Source of the DNA: Escherichia coli
Lineage (GTDB): Bacteria > Pseudomonadota > Gammaproteobacteria > Enterobacterales > Enterobacteriaceae
NCBI RefSeq assembly: GCF_003018255.1
Contig: NZ_CP027440.1
Length of the DNA stretch: 64,000 nucleotides
Reading direction: 5' to 3' (one strand)
A program made the translations under genes and the position numbers. Under the pieces are notes generated by a model. It was not told where the DNA came from. It was given only the letters and a program-made list of their open reading frames with translations, and did not search any database. Each line of letters opens with the position of its first letter. Position 1 is the first letter of the stretch. Positions 47,471 through 58,885 of the stretch are shown here, one piece after another.

Positions 47471-50400
47471 ATGACTATGTTCCAGTATTACAAACGATCA
47501 CGGCATTTTGTTTTTTCAGCATTTATTGCTTTTGTTTTTGTCTTGTTATGCCAGAACACGGCGTTTGCGCGGGCGTCATCGAATGGTGATCTGCCGACAA
47601 AAGCGGACCTGCAGGCACAACTTGACTCACTGAATAAACAAAAAGATCTTTCTGCTCAGGACAAACTGGTGCAGCAGGATCTGACAGATACATTAGCTAC
47701 CCTCGATAAAATCGATCGCGTAAAAGAAGAGACAGTTCAGCTACGGCAAAAGGTTGCTGAAGCGCCGGAAAAAATGCGCCAGGCGACCGCGGCGTTAACT
47801 GCACTTAGCGATGTCGATAATGACGAAGAAACGCGCAAAATTCTGAGTACGCTTTCGTTGCGCCAGCTGGAAACTCGCGTTGCCCAGGCGCTGGACGATT
47901 TGCAAAACGCACAAAACGATCTGGCGTCTTATAACAGCCAGCTGGTTTCGTTACAGACGCAGCCCGAACGCGTGCAAAATGCGATGTATAACGCTTCGCA
48001 GCAGCTGCAACAAATTCGCAGTCGTCTGGATGGGACTGATGTCGGCGAGACTGCCTTACGTCCCAGCCAGAAAGTGTTAATGCAGGCTCAGCAGGCGTTG
48101 CTGAATGCCGAGATTGACCAGCAGCGTAAAAGCCTGGAAGGGAACACAGTCTTACAGGATACCTTGCAAAAGCAACGGGATTACGTGACGGCGAACAGCG
48201 CCCGTCTGGAGCACCAGTTGCAGCTGTTGCAAGAAGCAGTAAACAGCAAGCGTCTGACTTTAACCGAAAAAACGGCGCAGGAAGCCGTCTCCCCGGATGA
48301 AGCCGCGCGTATTCAGGCTAATCCGCTGGTGAAGCAGGAACTGGAAATTAACCAGCAGTTAAGTCAGCGTCTGATTACCGCGACTGAAAACGGTAATCAG
48401 TTGATGCAGCAAAACATTAAAGTCAAAAACTGGCTGGAGCGGGCGCTGCAATCGGAACGCAATATTAAAGAGCAGATTGCCGTCCTGAAGGGCAGCTTGC
48501 TGTTGTCTCGTATCCTTTACCAGCAACAACAAACGCTGCCCTCGGCGGATGAACTGGAAAACATGACCAACCGCATCGCGGATTTGCGTCTCGAACAGTT
48601 TGAAGTTAACCAGCAGCGTGATGCACTCTTCCAGAGCGATGCGTTCGTCAACAAACTGGAAGAAGGTCACACCAACGAAGTCAACAGCGAAGTTCACGAT
48701 GCATTATTGCAAGTGGTTGATATGCGTCGCGAATTGCTGGATCAGCTTAACAAACAGTTGGGTAACCAATTGATGATGGCCATTAACCTGCAAATCAACC
48801 AGCAGCAGTTAATGAGTGTGTCGAAAAACCTGAAATCCATCCTGACTCAGCAAATCTTTTGGGTGAACAGTAACCGTCCAATGGACTGGGACTGGATCAA
48901 AGCGTTCCCGCAAAGCCTGAAAGATGAATTTAAGTCGATGAAAATCACGGTGAACTGGGAAAAAGCCTGGCCTGCCGTTTTTATCGCTTTCCTCGCCGGT
49001 TTGCCGCTGCTGTTGATTGCCGGGCTGATCCACTGGCGTCTGGGCTGGCTGAAAGCGTATCAACAAAAACTGGCTTCCGCTGTGGGTTCCCTGCGTAACG
49101 ACAGCCAGCTCAACACACCAAAAGCGATCCTTATCGACCTGATCCGTGCGCTGCCGGTGTGCCTGATTATTCTCGCGGTTGGCCTGATTCTGTTGACCAT
49201 GCAGCTCAACATCAGCGAACTGCTATGGTCGTTCAGTAAAAAACTGGCGATTTTCTGGCTGGTGTTTGGCCTGTGCTGGAAGGTACTGGAGAAAAACGGC
49301 GTTGCCGTGCGTCACTTTGGTATGCCGGAACAGCAGACCAGCCACTGGCGTCGGCAAATTGTCCGCATCAGTCTCGCGTTGCTGCCTATCCATTTCTGGT
49401 CTGTGGTGGCAGAACTTTCCCCGCTGCATCTGATGGATGATGTGCTGGGGCAGGCGATGATTTTCTTCAACTTGCTGCTGATTGCCTTCCTGGTGTGGCC
49501 GATGTGCCGCGAAAGCTGGCGTGATAAAGAGTCGCACACCATGCGACTGGTCACCATTACCGTACTGTCGATTATCCCGATTGCGTTGATGGTGCTGACT
49601 GCCACGGGTTATTTCTACACCACGCTGCGCCTCTCCGGGCGTTGGATTGAAACCGTTTATTTGGTGATCATCTGGAACCTGCTGTACCAGACGGTATTGC
49701 GCGGCTTAAGCGTAGCGGCGCGGCGTATCGCCTGGCGTCGTGCGCTGGCGCGTCGGCAGAATCTGGTGAAAGAGGGCGCAGAAGGTGCTGAACCGCCGGA
49801 AGAACCCACCATTGCACTGGAGCAGGTTAACCAGCAGACGCTGCGTATTACCATGTTGCTGATGTTTGCGCTGTTCGGTGTCATGTTCTGGGCAATTTGG
49901 TCCGATTTGATCACCGTGTTCAGCTATCTGGACAGCATCACGCTCTGGCATTACAACGGCACTGAAGCTGGCGCTGCGGTGGTGAAAAACGTCACCATGG
50001 GCAGTCTGTTGTTTGCGATTATCGCCTCAATGGTGGCCTGGGCGTTGATTCGCAACCTGCCTGGTTTACTGGAAGTGCTGGTGCTCTCGCGACTGAATAT
50101 GCGCCAGGGCGCGTCGTATGCCATTACTACCATCCTTAACTACATCATTATTGCCGTTGGTGCGATGACGGTGTTCGGATCGCTGGGCGTCTCGTGGGAT
50201 AAACTCCAGTGGCTGGCGGCAGCATTATCCGTAGGTCTTGGTTTTGGTTTACAAGAGATCTTCGGTAACTTCGTTTCCGGTTTGATCATTCTGTTCGAAC
50301 GTCCGGTGCGCATAGGCGACACGGTAACCATTGGTAGCTTCTCGGGTACGGTCAGCAAGATCCGTATTCGTGCGACAACGATTACCGATTTCGATCGCAA

Positions 50401-50833
50401 AGAAGTGATTATCCCGAACAAAGCGTTTGTTACCGAGCGTCTGATCAACTGGTCGTTGACTGACACGACTACGCGTCTGGTGATCCGTCTCGGCGTAGCT
50501 TATGGCTCCGATCTGGAAAAAGTGCGTAAAGTGTTGCTGAAGGCGGCGACTGAGCACCCAAGGGTGATGCACGAACCAATGCCGGAAGTCTTCTTTACGG
50601 CATTTGGTGCCAGCACGTTGGATCATGAGCTGCGTCTGTATGTGCGTGAACTGCGTGACCGTAGCCGTACTGTCGATGAGCTGAACCGTACTATCGATCA
50701 GCTGTGCCGTGAAAACGACATCAACATTGCCTTTAACCAGCTTGAAGTGCATCTGCACAACGAGAAGGGCGATGAGGTGACGGAAGTCAAACGCGACTAC
50801 AAAGGCGACGATCCGACGCCAGCGGTAGGGTAA
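47471..50833 (+). CDS. mscK: potassium-dependent mechanosensitive channel MscK
   Basis: Track ORF 1120 aa; signal peptide, long coiled-coil periplasmic domain, C-terminal MscS-like channel domain. Confidence 0.95.
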   Translation: MTMFQYYKRSRHFVFSAFIAFVFVLLCQNTAFARASSNGDLPTKADLQAQLDSLNKQKDLSAQDKLVQQDLTDTLATLDKIDRVKEETVQLRQKVAEAPEKMRQATAALTALSDVDNDEETRKILSTLSLRQLETRVAQALDDLQNAQNDLASYNSQLVSLQTQPERVQNAMYNASQQLQQIRSRLDGTDVGETALRPSQKVLMQAQQALLNAEIDQQRKSLEGNTVLQDTLQKQRDYVTANSARLEHQLQLLQEAVNSKRLTLTEKTAQEAVSPDEAARIQANPLVKQELEINQQLSQRLITATENGNQLMQQNIKVKNWLERALQSERNIKEQIAVLKGSLLLSRILYQQQQTLPSADELENMTNRIADLRLEQFEVNQQRDALFQSDAFVNKLEEGHTNEVNSEVHDALLQVVDMRRELLDQLNKQLGNQLMMAINLQINQQQLMSVSKNLKSILTQQIFWVNSNRPMDWDWIKAFPQSLKDEFKSMKITVNWEKAWPAVFIAFLAGLPLLLIAGLIHWRLGWLKAYQQKLASAVGSLRNDSQLNTPKAILIDLIRALPVCLIILAVGLILLTMQLNISELLWSFSKKLAIFWLVFGLCWKVLEKNGVAVRHFGMPEQQTSHWRRQIVRISLALLPIHFWSVVAELSPLHLMDDVLGQAMIFFNLLLIAFLVWPMCRESWRDKESHTMRLVTITVLSIIPIALMVLTATGYFYTTLRLSGRWIETVYLVIIWNLLYQTVLRGLSVAARRIAWRRALARRQNLVKEGAEGAEPPEEPTIALEQVNQQTLRITMLLMFALFGVMFWAIWSDLITVFSYLDSITLWHYNGTEAGAAVVKNVTMGSLLFAIIASMVAWALIRNLPGLLEVLVLSRLNMRQGASYAITTILNYIIIAVGAMTVFGSLGVSWDKLQWLAAALSVGLGFGLQEIFGNFVSGLIILFERPVRIGDTVTIGSFSGTVSKIRIRATTITDFDRKEVIIPNKAFVTERLINWSLTDTTTRLVIRLGVAYGSDLEKVRKVLLKAATEHPRVMHEPMPEVFFTAFGASTLDHELRLYVRELRDRSRTVDELNRTIDQLCRENDINIAFNQLEVHLHNEKGDEVTEVKRDYKGDDPTPAVG

Positions 50834-50892
50834 TAACCAAAGGGGGCGACATTTAGTTGCCCCGAGATTACTAACAAAGTGCGCGTTGTTCA

Positions 50893-50992
50893 TGCCGGAT
50901 GCGGCGTGACCGCCTTATCCGGCCTACGAAACCGCAAGAATTCAATATATTGCAGGAGCGGTGTAGGCCTGATAAGCGTAGCGCATCAGGCA
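50893..50992. repeat. BIME: two REP units in opposite orientation (TGCCGGATGCGGCGTGACCGCCTTATCCGGCCTAC and GTAGGCCTGATAAGCGTAGCGCATCAGGC)
   Basis: Canonical REP sequences read directly between convergent mscK and ybaM. Confidence 0.85.
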
Positions 50993-51044
50993 GTTTTGCG
51001 TTTGCCCACAATCTTAGGGGACATTTAGCGACCCCATTTATTTC

Positions 51045-51206
51045 TCACTTTTCCGCCTCATCATCGCGCGTTAATTTCTTTTCATAATCGCGTTTTACAA
51101 TATCCAGCGCGCGCAGTACGGTGCGGGCTGGGATCTGATTTTCTTCCAGCAGCACAATCAAATCGACGGCCAGTTTGACATCGTCAGGGGCATTTTCCAG
51201 TGACAT
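51045..51206 (-). CDS. ybaM: small protein YbaM (DUF2496), 53 aa
   Basis: Not in the 60-aa-minimum ORF track; hand translation of minus strand gives [53 protein letters not shown]; 13 nt downstream of priC. Confidence 0.8.
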   Translation of the reverse strand: MSLENAPDDVKLAVDLIVLLEENQIPARTVLRALDIVKRDYEKKLTRDDEAEK

Positions 51207-51219
51207 ACTCTCTCCATTG

Positions 51220-51747
51220 CTAGCGGGTTAAACGCGCTAACCTGTTTTCGATTTTTTCCAGCGCATGGCGGCAGCGTGCCAGGCGCGCTTCATAGGCTTC
51301 CACTTCACGATGCAGCGTTTGCTGTTCCACGAGATCGGTCACCCGCGCCAGGCGGGCTCGACGTTCAGCAACCATCTCACTTAGCCGCCGCTCAAAATCC
51401 TGATGCTGAATACGTTTACGCTGCCAGCGGGCAATTTTCGGTGGCGCACTGTCCCACTCGCGTAGCGACCAGGCTGTGGCTTCACGCGCTATAGCCTCCA
51501 GTTGCGCCGCCAGATGTTCCGCCAGCCAGGCGACTTGCGGCAGCTGTTGCTGCTCAACCGCATGACGAAGCGCAGCCAGATTATCGCCCGCCTCATCGAG
51601 ACAAGCCTGCAGTGTTGTCGCACGAGTCTGAAAAAGATGCCTGTCAAAACGGGCGCTTAGCGTGGCAAATTGCGCTACCGGGGCACAACGCTGACGCAGC
51701 GTAGCGAGCTGTCCTTCCAGTTTTTCCAGCAGCAGGGCGGTTTTCAC
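51220..51747 (-). CDS. priC: primosomal replication protein N''
   Basis: Track ORF 175 aa. Confidence 0.93.
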   Translation of the reverse strand: MKTALLLEKLEGQLATLRQRCAPVAQFATLSARFDRHLFQTRATTLQACLDEAGDNLAALRHAVEQQQLPQVAWLAEHLAAQLEAIAREATAWSLREWDSAPPKIARWQRKRIQHQDFERRLSEMVAERRARLARVTDLVEQQTLHREVEAYEARLARCRHALEKIENRLARLTR

Positions 51748-51816
51748 GATAAGACCTCAATGAAAATGATAATTGTTATGCTAAAGTAGCAACTCTGTAA
51801 GCTGACAACACTCAAT

Positions 51817-52194
51817 ATGCAACGAATCATTTTAATCATCATTGGCTGGCTGGCGGTAGTGCTGGGTACGCTGGGCGTGGTATTACCGGTATTACCGACG
51901 ACGCCGTTTATCCTGCTGGCGGCCTGGTGCTTTGCCCGTTCTTCCCCGCGCTTTCACGCCTGGTTGCTGTACCGCTCATGGTTTGGCAGCTATCTACGTT
52001 TCTGGCAGAAACATCATGCGATGCCGCGCGGCGTCAAACCGCGGGCGATTTTGCTTATTTTGCTCACGTTTGCCATTTCTCTGTGGTTCGTCCAGATGCC
52101 ATGGGTGCGCATCATGTTGCTGGTAATTCTCGCCTGTTTGCTTTTTTATATGTGGCGAATTCCAGTGATTGATGAAAAGCAAGAAAAGCACTGA
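51817..52194 (+). CDS. ybaN: DUF454 inner membrane protein YbaN
   Basis: Track ORF 125 aa, hydrophobic. Confidence 0.9.
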
Positions 52195-52346
52195 AGCACA
52201 ACAATCGCAGTTGCAATTATTGCGTACAGCCAGTACATTCTGGCGTTTTCGAGCACAGGCGCAGGCGGTCAAAGGTTAAACAACTGTTACTTTTGATACG
52301 TTTAAAACGCGCCGTGAGTACCACCGTAACAAGCAGGCATACACTT

Positions 52347-52898
52347 ATGACCGCGACTGCACAGCAGCTTGAGTATCTCAAAAATAGCATCAAAAGCATT
52401 CAGGACTACCCAAAACCCGGCATTCTTTTCCGCGATGTCACCAGCTTACTGGAAGACCCGAAAGCTTACGCTCTCAGCATCGACTTGCTGGTTGAGCGTT
52501 ACAAAAATGCGGGCATTACCAAAGTGGTCGGCACCGAAGCGCGTGGCTTCTTGTTTGGCGCTCCGGTAGCTCTGGGTCTGGGCGTTGGCTTTGTACCGGT
52601 CCGTAAACCGGGCAAACTGCCGCGTGAAACCATCAGTGAAACTTACGACCTGGAATACGGCACCGATCAGCTGGAAATCCACGTTGATGCCATCAAACCG
52701 GGCGACAAAGTTCTGGTGGTGGACGATTTGCTGGCAACCGGCGGCACTATCGAAGCGACCGTTAAACTGATCCGTCGTCTGGGTGGTGAAGTAGCTGACG
52801 CTGCGTTCATTATCAACCTGTTCGATCTTGGCGGCGAACAGCGTCTCGAAAAACAGGGCATTACCAGCTACAGCCTTGTCCCGTTCCCGGGCCATTAA
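52347..52898 (+). CDS. apt: adenine phosphoribosyltransferase
   Basis: Track ORF 52293..52898 (begins at TTG) trimmed to ATG 52347, [16 protein letters not shown] (183 aa); PRPP-binding [13 protein letters not shown]. Confidence 0.95.
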
Positions 52899-53026
52899 TT
52901 ATCGTCAGTCTTGCGCTGCTCACGCTACGGGCAGCACAAGATGTGCATTCAGCCTCGCCGTTCTGACGGGGCTGTGTTAGCATTACCCCTTCGTGAATCC
53001 ACCTTCCAGCGTTTCAGAGCCTGCCA

Positions 53027-54958
53027 ATGAGTTATCAGGTCTTAGCCCGAAAATGGCGCCCACAAACCTTTGCTGACGTCGTCGGCCAGGAACATGTGCT
53101 GACCGCACTGGCGAACGGCTTGTCGTTAGGGCGTATTCATCATGCTTATCTTTTTTCCGGCACCCGTGGCGTCGGAAAAACCTCTATCGCCCGACTGCTG
53201 GCGAAGGGGCTAAACTGCGAAACCGGCATTACCGCGACGCCGTGCGGCGTGTGCGATAACTGTCGTGAAATCGAGCAGGGGCGCTTTGTCGATCTGATTG
53301 AAATCGACGCCGCCTCGCGCACTAAAGTTGAAGACACTCGCGACCTGCTGGATAACGTCCAGTACGCTCCGGCGCGTGGTCGTTTCAAAGTTTATCTCAT
53401 CGACGAAGTGCATATGCTGTCGCGTCACAGCTTTAACGCACTGTTAAAAACCCTTGAAGAGCCGCCAGAGCACGTTAAGTTTTTGCTGGCGACGACCGAT
53501 CCGCAGAAATTGCCGGTGACGATTTTGTCACGCTGTCTGCAATTTCATCTCAAGGCGCTGGATGTCGAGCAAATTCGCCATCAGCTTGAGCACATCCTCA
53601 ACGAAGAACATATCGCTCACGAGCCGCGGGCGCTGCAATTGTTGGCACGCGCCGCTGAAGGCAGCCTGCGAGATGCCTTAAGTCTGACCGACCAGGCGAT
53701 TGCCAGCGGTGACGGCCAGGTTTCAACCCAGGCGGTCAGTGCGATGCTGGGTACGCTTGACGACGATCAGGCGTTATCGCTGGTTGAAGCGATGGTCGAG
53801 GCCAACGGCGAGCGCGTAATGGCGCTGATTAATGAAGCTGCTGCCCGTGGTATCGAGTGGGAAGCGTTGCTGGTGGAAATGCTCGGTCTGTTGCATCGTA
53901 TTGCGATGGTACAACTTTCGCCTGCTGCTCTTGGCAACGACATGGCCGCCATTGAGCTGCGGATGCGTGAACTGGCGCGCACCATACCGCCGACGGATAT
54001 TCAGCTTTACTATCAGACGCTGTTGATTGGTCGCAAAGAATTACCGTATGCGCCAGACCGCCGTATGGGTGTTGAGATGACGCTGCTGCGCGCGCTGGCG
54101 TTCCATCCGCGTATGCCGCTGCCTGAGCCAGAAGTGCCACGCCAGTCCTTTGCGCCCGTCGCGCCAACGGCAGTAATGACGCCAACACAGGTGCCGCCGC
54201 AACCGCAATCAGCGCCGCAGCAGGCACCGACTGTACCGCTCCCGGAAACCACCAGCCAGGTGCTGGCGGCGCGCCAGCAGTTGCAGCGCGTGCAGGGAGC
54301 AACCAAAGCAAAAAAGAGTGAACCGGCAGCCGCTACCCGCGCGCGGCCGGTGAATAACGCTGCGCTGGAAAGACTGGCTTCGGTCACCGATCGTGTTCAG
54401 GCGCGCCCGGTGCCATCGGCGCTGGAAAAAGCGCCAGCTAAAAAAGAAGCGTATCGCTGGAAGGCGACCACTCCAGTGATGCAGCAAAAAGAAGTGGTCG
54501 CCACGCCGAAGGCGCTGAAAAAAGCGCTGGAACATGAAAAAACGCCGGAACTGGCGGCGAAGCTGGCGGCAGAAGCCATTGAGCGCGACCCGTGGGCGGC
54601 TCAGGTGAGTCAACTTTCGCTACCAAAACTGGTCGAACAGGTGGCGTTAAATGCCTGGAAAGAGGAGAACGGCAACACGGTGTGTCTGCATTTGCGCTCC
54701 TCTCAGCGTCATCTGAATAACAGTGGCGCACAGCAAAAACTGGCTGAAGCGTTGAGCACGTTAAAAGGTTCAACGGTTGAACTGACTATCGTTGAAGATG
54801 ATAATCCCGCGGTGCGTACGCCGCTGGAATGGCGTCAGGCGATATACGAAGAAAAACTTGCGCAGGCGCGCGAGTCCATTATTGCGGATAATAATATTCA
54901 GACCCTGCGTCGGTTCTTCGATGCGGAGCTGGATGAAGAAAGTATCCGCCCCATTTGA
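53027..54958 (+). CDS. dnaX: DNA polymerase III subunit tau (full-length product)
   Basis: Track ORF 643 aa; Walker A GTRGVGKTS; Zn module CGVCDNC. Confidence 0.97.
   Translation: MSYQVLARKWRPQTFADVVGQEHVLTALANGLSLGRIHHAYLFSGTRGVGKTSIARLLAKGLNCETGITATPCGVCDNCREIEQGRFVDLIEIDAASRTKVEDTRDLLDNVQYAPARGRFKVYLIDEVHMLSRHSFNALLKTLEEPPEHVKFLLATTDPQKLPVTILSRCLQFHLKALDVEQIRHQLEHILNEEHIAHEPRALQLLARAAEGSLRDALSLTDQAIASGDGQVSTQAVSAMLGTLDDDQALSLVEAMVEANGERVMALINEAAARGIEWEALLVEMLGLLHRIAMVQLSPAALGNDMAAIELRMRELARTIPPTDIQLYYQTLLIGRKELPYAPDRRMGVEMTLLRALAFHPRMPLPEPEVPRQSFAPVAPTAVMTPTQVPPQPQSAPQQAPTVPLPETTSQVLAARQQLQRVQGATKAKKSEPAAATRARPVNNAALERLASVTDRVQARPVPSALEKAPAKKEAYRWKATTPVMQQKEVVATPKALKKALEHEKTPELAAKLAAEAIERDPWAAQVSQLSLPKLVEQVALNAWKEENGNTVCLHLRSSQRHLNNSGAQQKLAEALSTLKGSTVELTIVEDDNPAVRTPLEWRQAIYEEKLAQARESIIADNNIQTLRRFFDAELDEESIRPI
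54294..54350 (+). other. dnaX: dnaX programmed -1 ribosomal frameshift cassette producing gamma: SD-like AGGGAG (54294-54299), slippery A_AAA_AAG (54310-54316), -1 frame stop TGA (54319-54321), downstream stem-loop (about 54323-54350)
   Basis: All elements read in the dnaX frame (AAA=Lys429, AAG=Lys430); a -1 shift yields ...K-K-E-stop, a 431-aa gamma. Confidence 0.9.
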
Positions 54959-54995
54959 TCGTAAGCACAGCTTACGTTCGTCATCCTTAACGTGA

Positions 54996-55339
<344 letters not shown>

Positions 55340-55340
<1 letters not shown>

Positions 55341-55945
55341 TGCAAACCAGCCCGCTGTTAACACAGCTTATGGAAGCACTGCGCTGTCTGCCGGGCGTTG
55401 GCCCGAAGTCGGCGCAGCGTATGGCGTTCACGCTGCTTCAGCGCGATCGTAGCGGCGGGATGCGTCTGGCGCAGGCGCTCACCCGGGCGATGTCGGAAAT
55501 CGGCCACTGCGCCGATTGCCGCACCTTCACCGAACAGGAAGTCTGTAACATCTGTTCGAATCCGCGTCGTCAGGAAAACGGTCAAATCTGCGTGGTGGAG
55601 AGTCCGGCGGACATCTACGCCATTGAGCAGACGGGGCAGTTTTCAGGCCGTTATTTTGTGTTGATGGGACACCTGTCACCGCTGGACGGCATCGGTCCGG
55701 ATGATATCGGGCTTGATCGTCTGGAACAGCGTCTGGCAGAGGAAAAAATCACTGAAGTGATCCTCGCCACCAACCCCACGGTTGAAGGTGAAGCTACCGC
55801 TAACTACATTGCCGAGCTTTGCGCGCAATATGACGTGGAAGCCAGCCGAATCGCTCATGGCGTACCGGTTGGCGGCGAACTGGAAATGGTCGATGGCACC
55901 ACGCTGTCACACTCCCTTGCCGGGCGTCATAAGATTCGTTTTTAA
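55340..55945 (+). CDS. recR: recombination protein RecR
   Basis: Track ORF 201 aa; Cys4 zinc finger CADCRTF...CNIC; Toprim region; ATG overlaps ybaB stop (TGATG). Confidence 0.96.
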
Positions 55946-55950
55946 GCAAA

Positions 55951-55974
55951 CGAGAGCAGGATCACCTGCTCTCG
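55951..55974 (+). terminator. hairpin after recR (CGAGAGCAGG-atca-CCTGCTCTCG), probable weak terminator
   Basis: Perfect 10-bp stem read from sequence; tail only moderately U-rich. Confidence 0.5.
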
Positions 55975-56003
55975 CTTGAAATTATTCCCCCTTGTCCCCA
56001 TCT
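55975..56003 (+). promoter_or_regulatory. sigma-32 heat-shock promoter of htpG (CTTGAAA-N14-CCCCATCT)
   Basis: Near-perfect sigma-32 consensus read about 50-80 nt upstream of htpG ATG. Confidence 0.8.
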
Positions 56004-56054
56004 CTCCCTCATCCTGTTTTTAACCTTAAAATGGCATTATTGAGGTAGACCTAC

Positions 56055-57929
56055 ATGAAAGGACAAGAAACTCGTGGTTTTCAGTCAGAAGTGAAGCAGC
56101 TTCTGCACCTGATGATCCATTCTCTCTATTCCAATAAAGAAATCTTCCTGCGTGAGCTTATCTCTAACGCCTCCGATGCGGCGGACAAGCTGCGTTTCCG
56201 CGCGCTCTCTAACCCGGATCTGTACGAAGGTGATGGCGAACTGCGCGTTCGTGTCTCTTTCGATAAAGACAAGCGCACGCTGACCATCTCCGATAACGGC
56301 GTGGGGATGACCCGCGACGAAGTGATTGACCATCTGGGGACTATCGCTAAATCCGGCACCAAATCATTCCTCGAATCCCTGGGTTCTGACCAGGCGAAAG
56401 ACAGCCAGCTGATCGGTCAGTTTGGTGTTGGTTTCTACTCTGCGTTTATCGTGGCCGACAAAGTGACCGTGCGTACTCGCGCGGCAGGCGAAAAACCAGA
56501 AAACGGTGTTTTCTGGGAATCGGCTGGTGAAGGTGAATACACCGTTGCCGACATCACCAAAGAAGATCGTGGTACTGAAATCACCCTGCATCTGCGTGAA
56601 GGCGAAGACGAGTTCCTCGATGACTGGCGCGTGCGTTCCATCATCAGCAAATACTCCGACCATATCGCGCTGCCGGTAGAGATCGAAAAACGCGAAGAGA
56701 AAGATGGCGAAACCGTTATCTCCTGGGAGAAAATCAACAAAGCGCAGGCGCTGTGGACCCGTAACAAGTCGGAAATCACCGATGAAGAGTACAAAGAGTT
56801 CTACAAACACATCGCCCACGACTTTAACGATCCGCTGACCTGGAGCCACAACCGTGTTGAAGGTAAGCAGGAGTACACCAGCCTGCTGTACATTCCGTCC
56901 CAGGCTCCGTGGGATATGTGGAACCGCGATCATAAACATGGCCTGAAACTGTACGTCCAGCGTGTGTTCATCATGGACGACGCAGAACAGTTCATGCCGA
57001 ACTATCTGCGCTTCGTGCGTGGTCTGATTGACTCCAGCGATCTGCCGCTGAACGTTTCCCGTGAAATCCTCCAGGACAGCACGGTAACGCGTAACCTGCG
57101 CAATGCGCTGACCAAGCGTGTGCTGCAAATGCTGGAAAAACTGGCGAAAGACGACGCGGAAAAATACCAGACCTTCTGGCAACAGTTTGGCCTGGTACTG
57201 AAAGAAGGTCCGGCGGAAGATTTCGCTAACCAGGAAGCGATCGCCAAACTGCTGCGTTTTGCTTCTACCCATACCGATTCTTCTGCGCAGACCGTGTCTC
57301 TGGAAGACTACGTTTCCCGCATGAAAGAAGGGCAGGAGAAAATCTACTATATCACCGCAGACAGTTACGCGGCAGCGAAGAGCAGCCCGCACCTGGAACT
57401 GCTGCGTAAGAAAGGCATCGAAGTTCTGCTGCTTTCCGACCGCATCGATGAGTGGATGATGAACTATCTGACTGAGTTCGACGGTAAACCGTTCCAGTCT
57501 GTGTCTAAAGTTGACGAGTCGCTGGAAAAACTGGCTGACGAAGTTGATGAGAGCGCGAAAGAAGCGGAGAAAGCACTGACTCCGTTCATCGACCGTGTGA
57601 AAGCCCTGCTCGGCGAGCGCGTGAAAGATGTCCGTCTGACTCACCGTCTGACCGATACGCCAGCGATCGTTTCGACCGACGCGGACGAAATGAGCACTCA
57701 GATGGCGAAACTGTTCGCTGCGGCGGGCCAGAAAGTGCCAGAAGTGAAATACATCTTCGAACTGAACCCGGATCACGTACTGGTGAAACGTGCGGCGGAT
57801 ACTGAAGATGAAGCGAAGTTCAGCGAGTGGGTAGAACTGCTGCTGGATCAGGCGCTGCTGGCAGAACGCGGTACGCTGGAAGATCCGAACCTGTTTATTC
57901 GTCGTATGAACCAGCTGCTGGTTTCCTGA
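56055..57929 (+). CDS. htpG: molecular chaperone HtpG (Hsp90)
   Basis: Track ORF 624 aa; GHKL ATPase N-domain. Confidence 0.97.
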   Translation: MKGQETRGFQSEVKQLLHLMIHSLYSNKEIFLRELISNASDAADKLRFRALSNPDLYEGDGELRVRVSFDKDKRTLTISDNGVGMTRDEVIDHLGTIAKSGTKSFLESLGSDQAKDSQLIGQFGVGFYSAFIVADKVTVRTRAAGEKPENGVFWESAGEGEYTVADITKEDRGTEITLHLREGEDEFLDDWRVRSIISKYSDHIALPVEIEKREEKDGETVISWEKINKAQALWTRNKSEITDEEYKEFYKHIAHDFNDPLTWSHNRVEGKQEYTSLLYIPSQAPWDMWNRDHKHGLKLYVQRVFIMDDAEQFMPNYLRFVRGLIDSSDLPLNVSREILQDSTVTRNLRNALTKRVLQMLEKLAKDDAEKYQTFWQQFGLVLKEGPAEDFANQEAIAKLLRFASTHTDSSAQTVSLEDYVSRMKEGQEKIYYITADSYAAAKSSPHLELLRKKGIEVLLLSDRIDEWMMNYLTEFDGKPFQSVSKVDESLEKLADEVDESAKEAEKALTPFIDRVKALLGERVKDVRLTHRLTDTPAIVSTDADEMSTQMAKLFAAAGQKVPEVKYIFELNPDHVLVKRAADTEDEAKFSEWVELLLDQALLAERGTLEDPNLFIRRMNQLLVS

Positions 57930-57933
57930 TGTC

Positions 57934-57972
57934 ATGCCGGATGACCTTCGTGTCATCCGGCATTTTTCTTTT
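57934..57972 (+). terminator. Rho-independent terminator after htpG
   Basis: TGCCGGATGA...TCATCCGGCA 10-bp stem followed by T-rich tail. Confidence 0.85.
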
Positions 57973-58037
57973 CTTCATCTGCACTTTCCGCAAATTATCT
58001 TGCCATTAACCGTTTCAGCCTCAGGTGCCTTTCTTGA

Positions 58038-58754
<717 letters not shown>

Positions 58755-58885
58755 TCAAGCCGCAGCAGATCTGCTTTCGGGCAGGTCTGCTCATCCTCCT
58801 CAGGCAATACCTCTCACAGCAATTAGTTCTTCTTCTTCACTTTTCCGCTACAATTATCAACAAGTTGAATCGATAAGAGGCGGTA

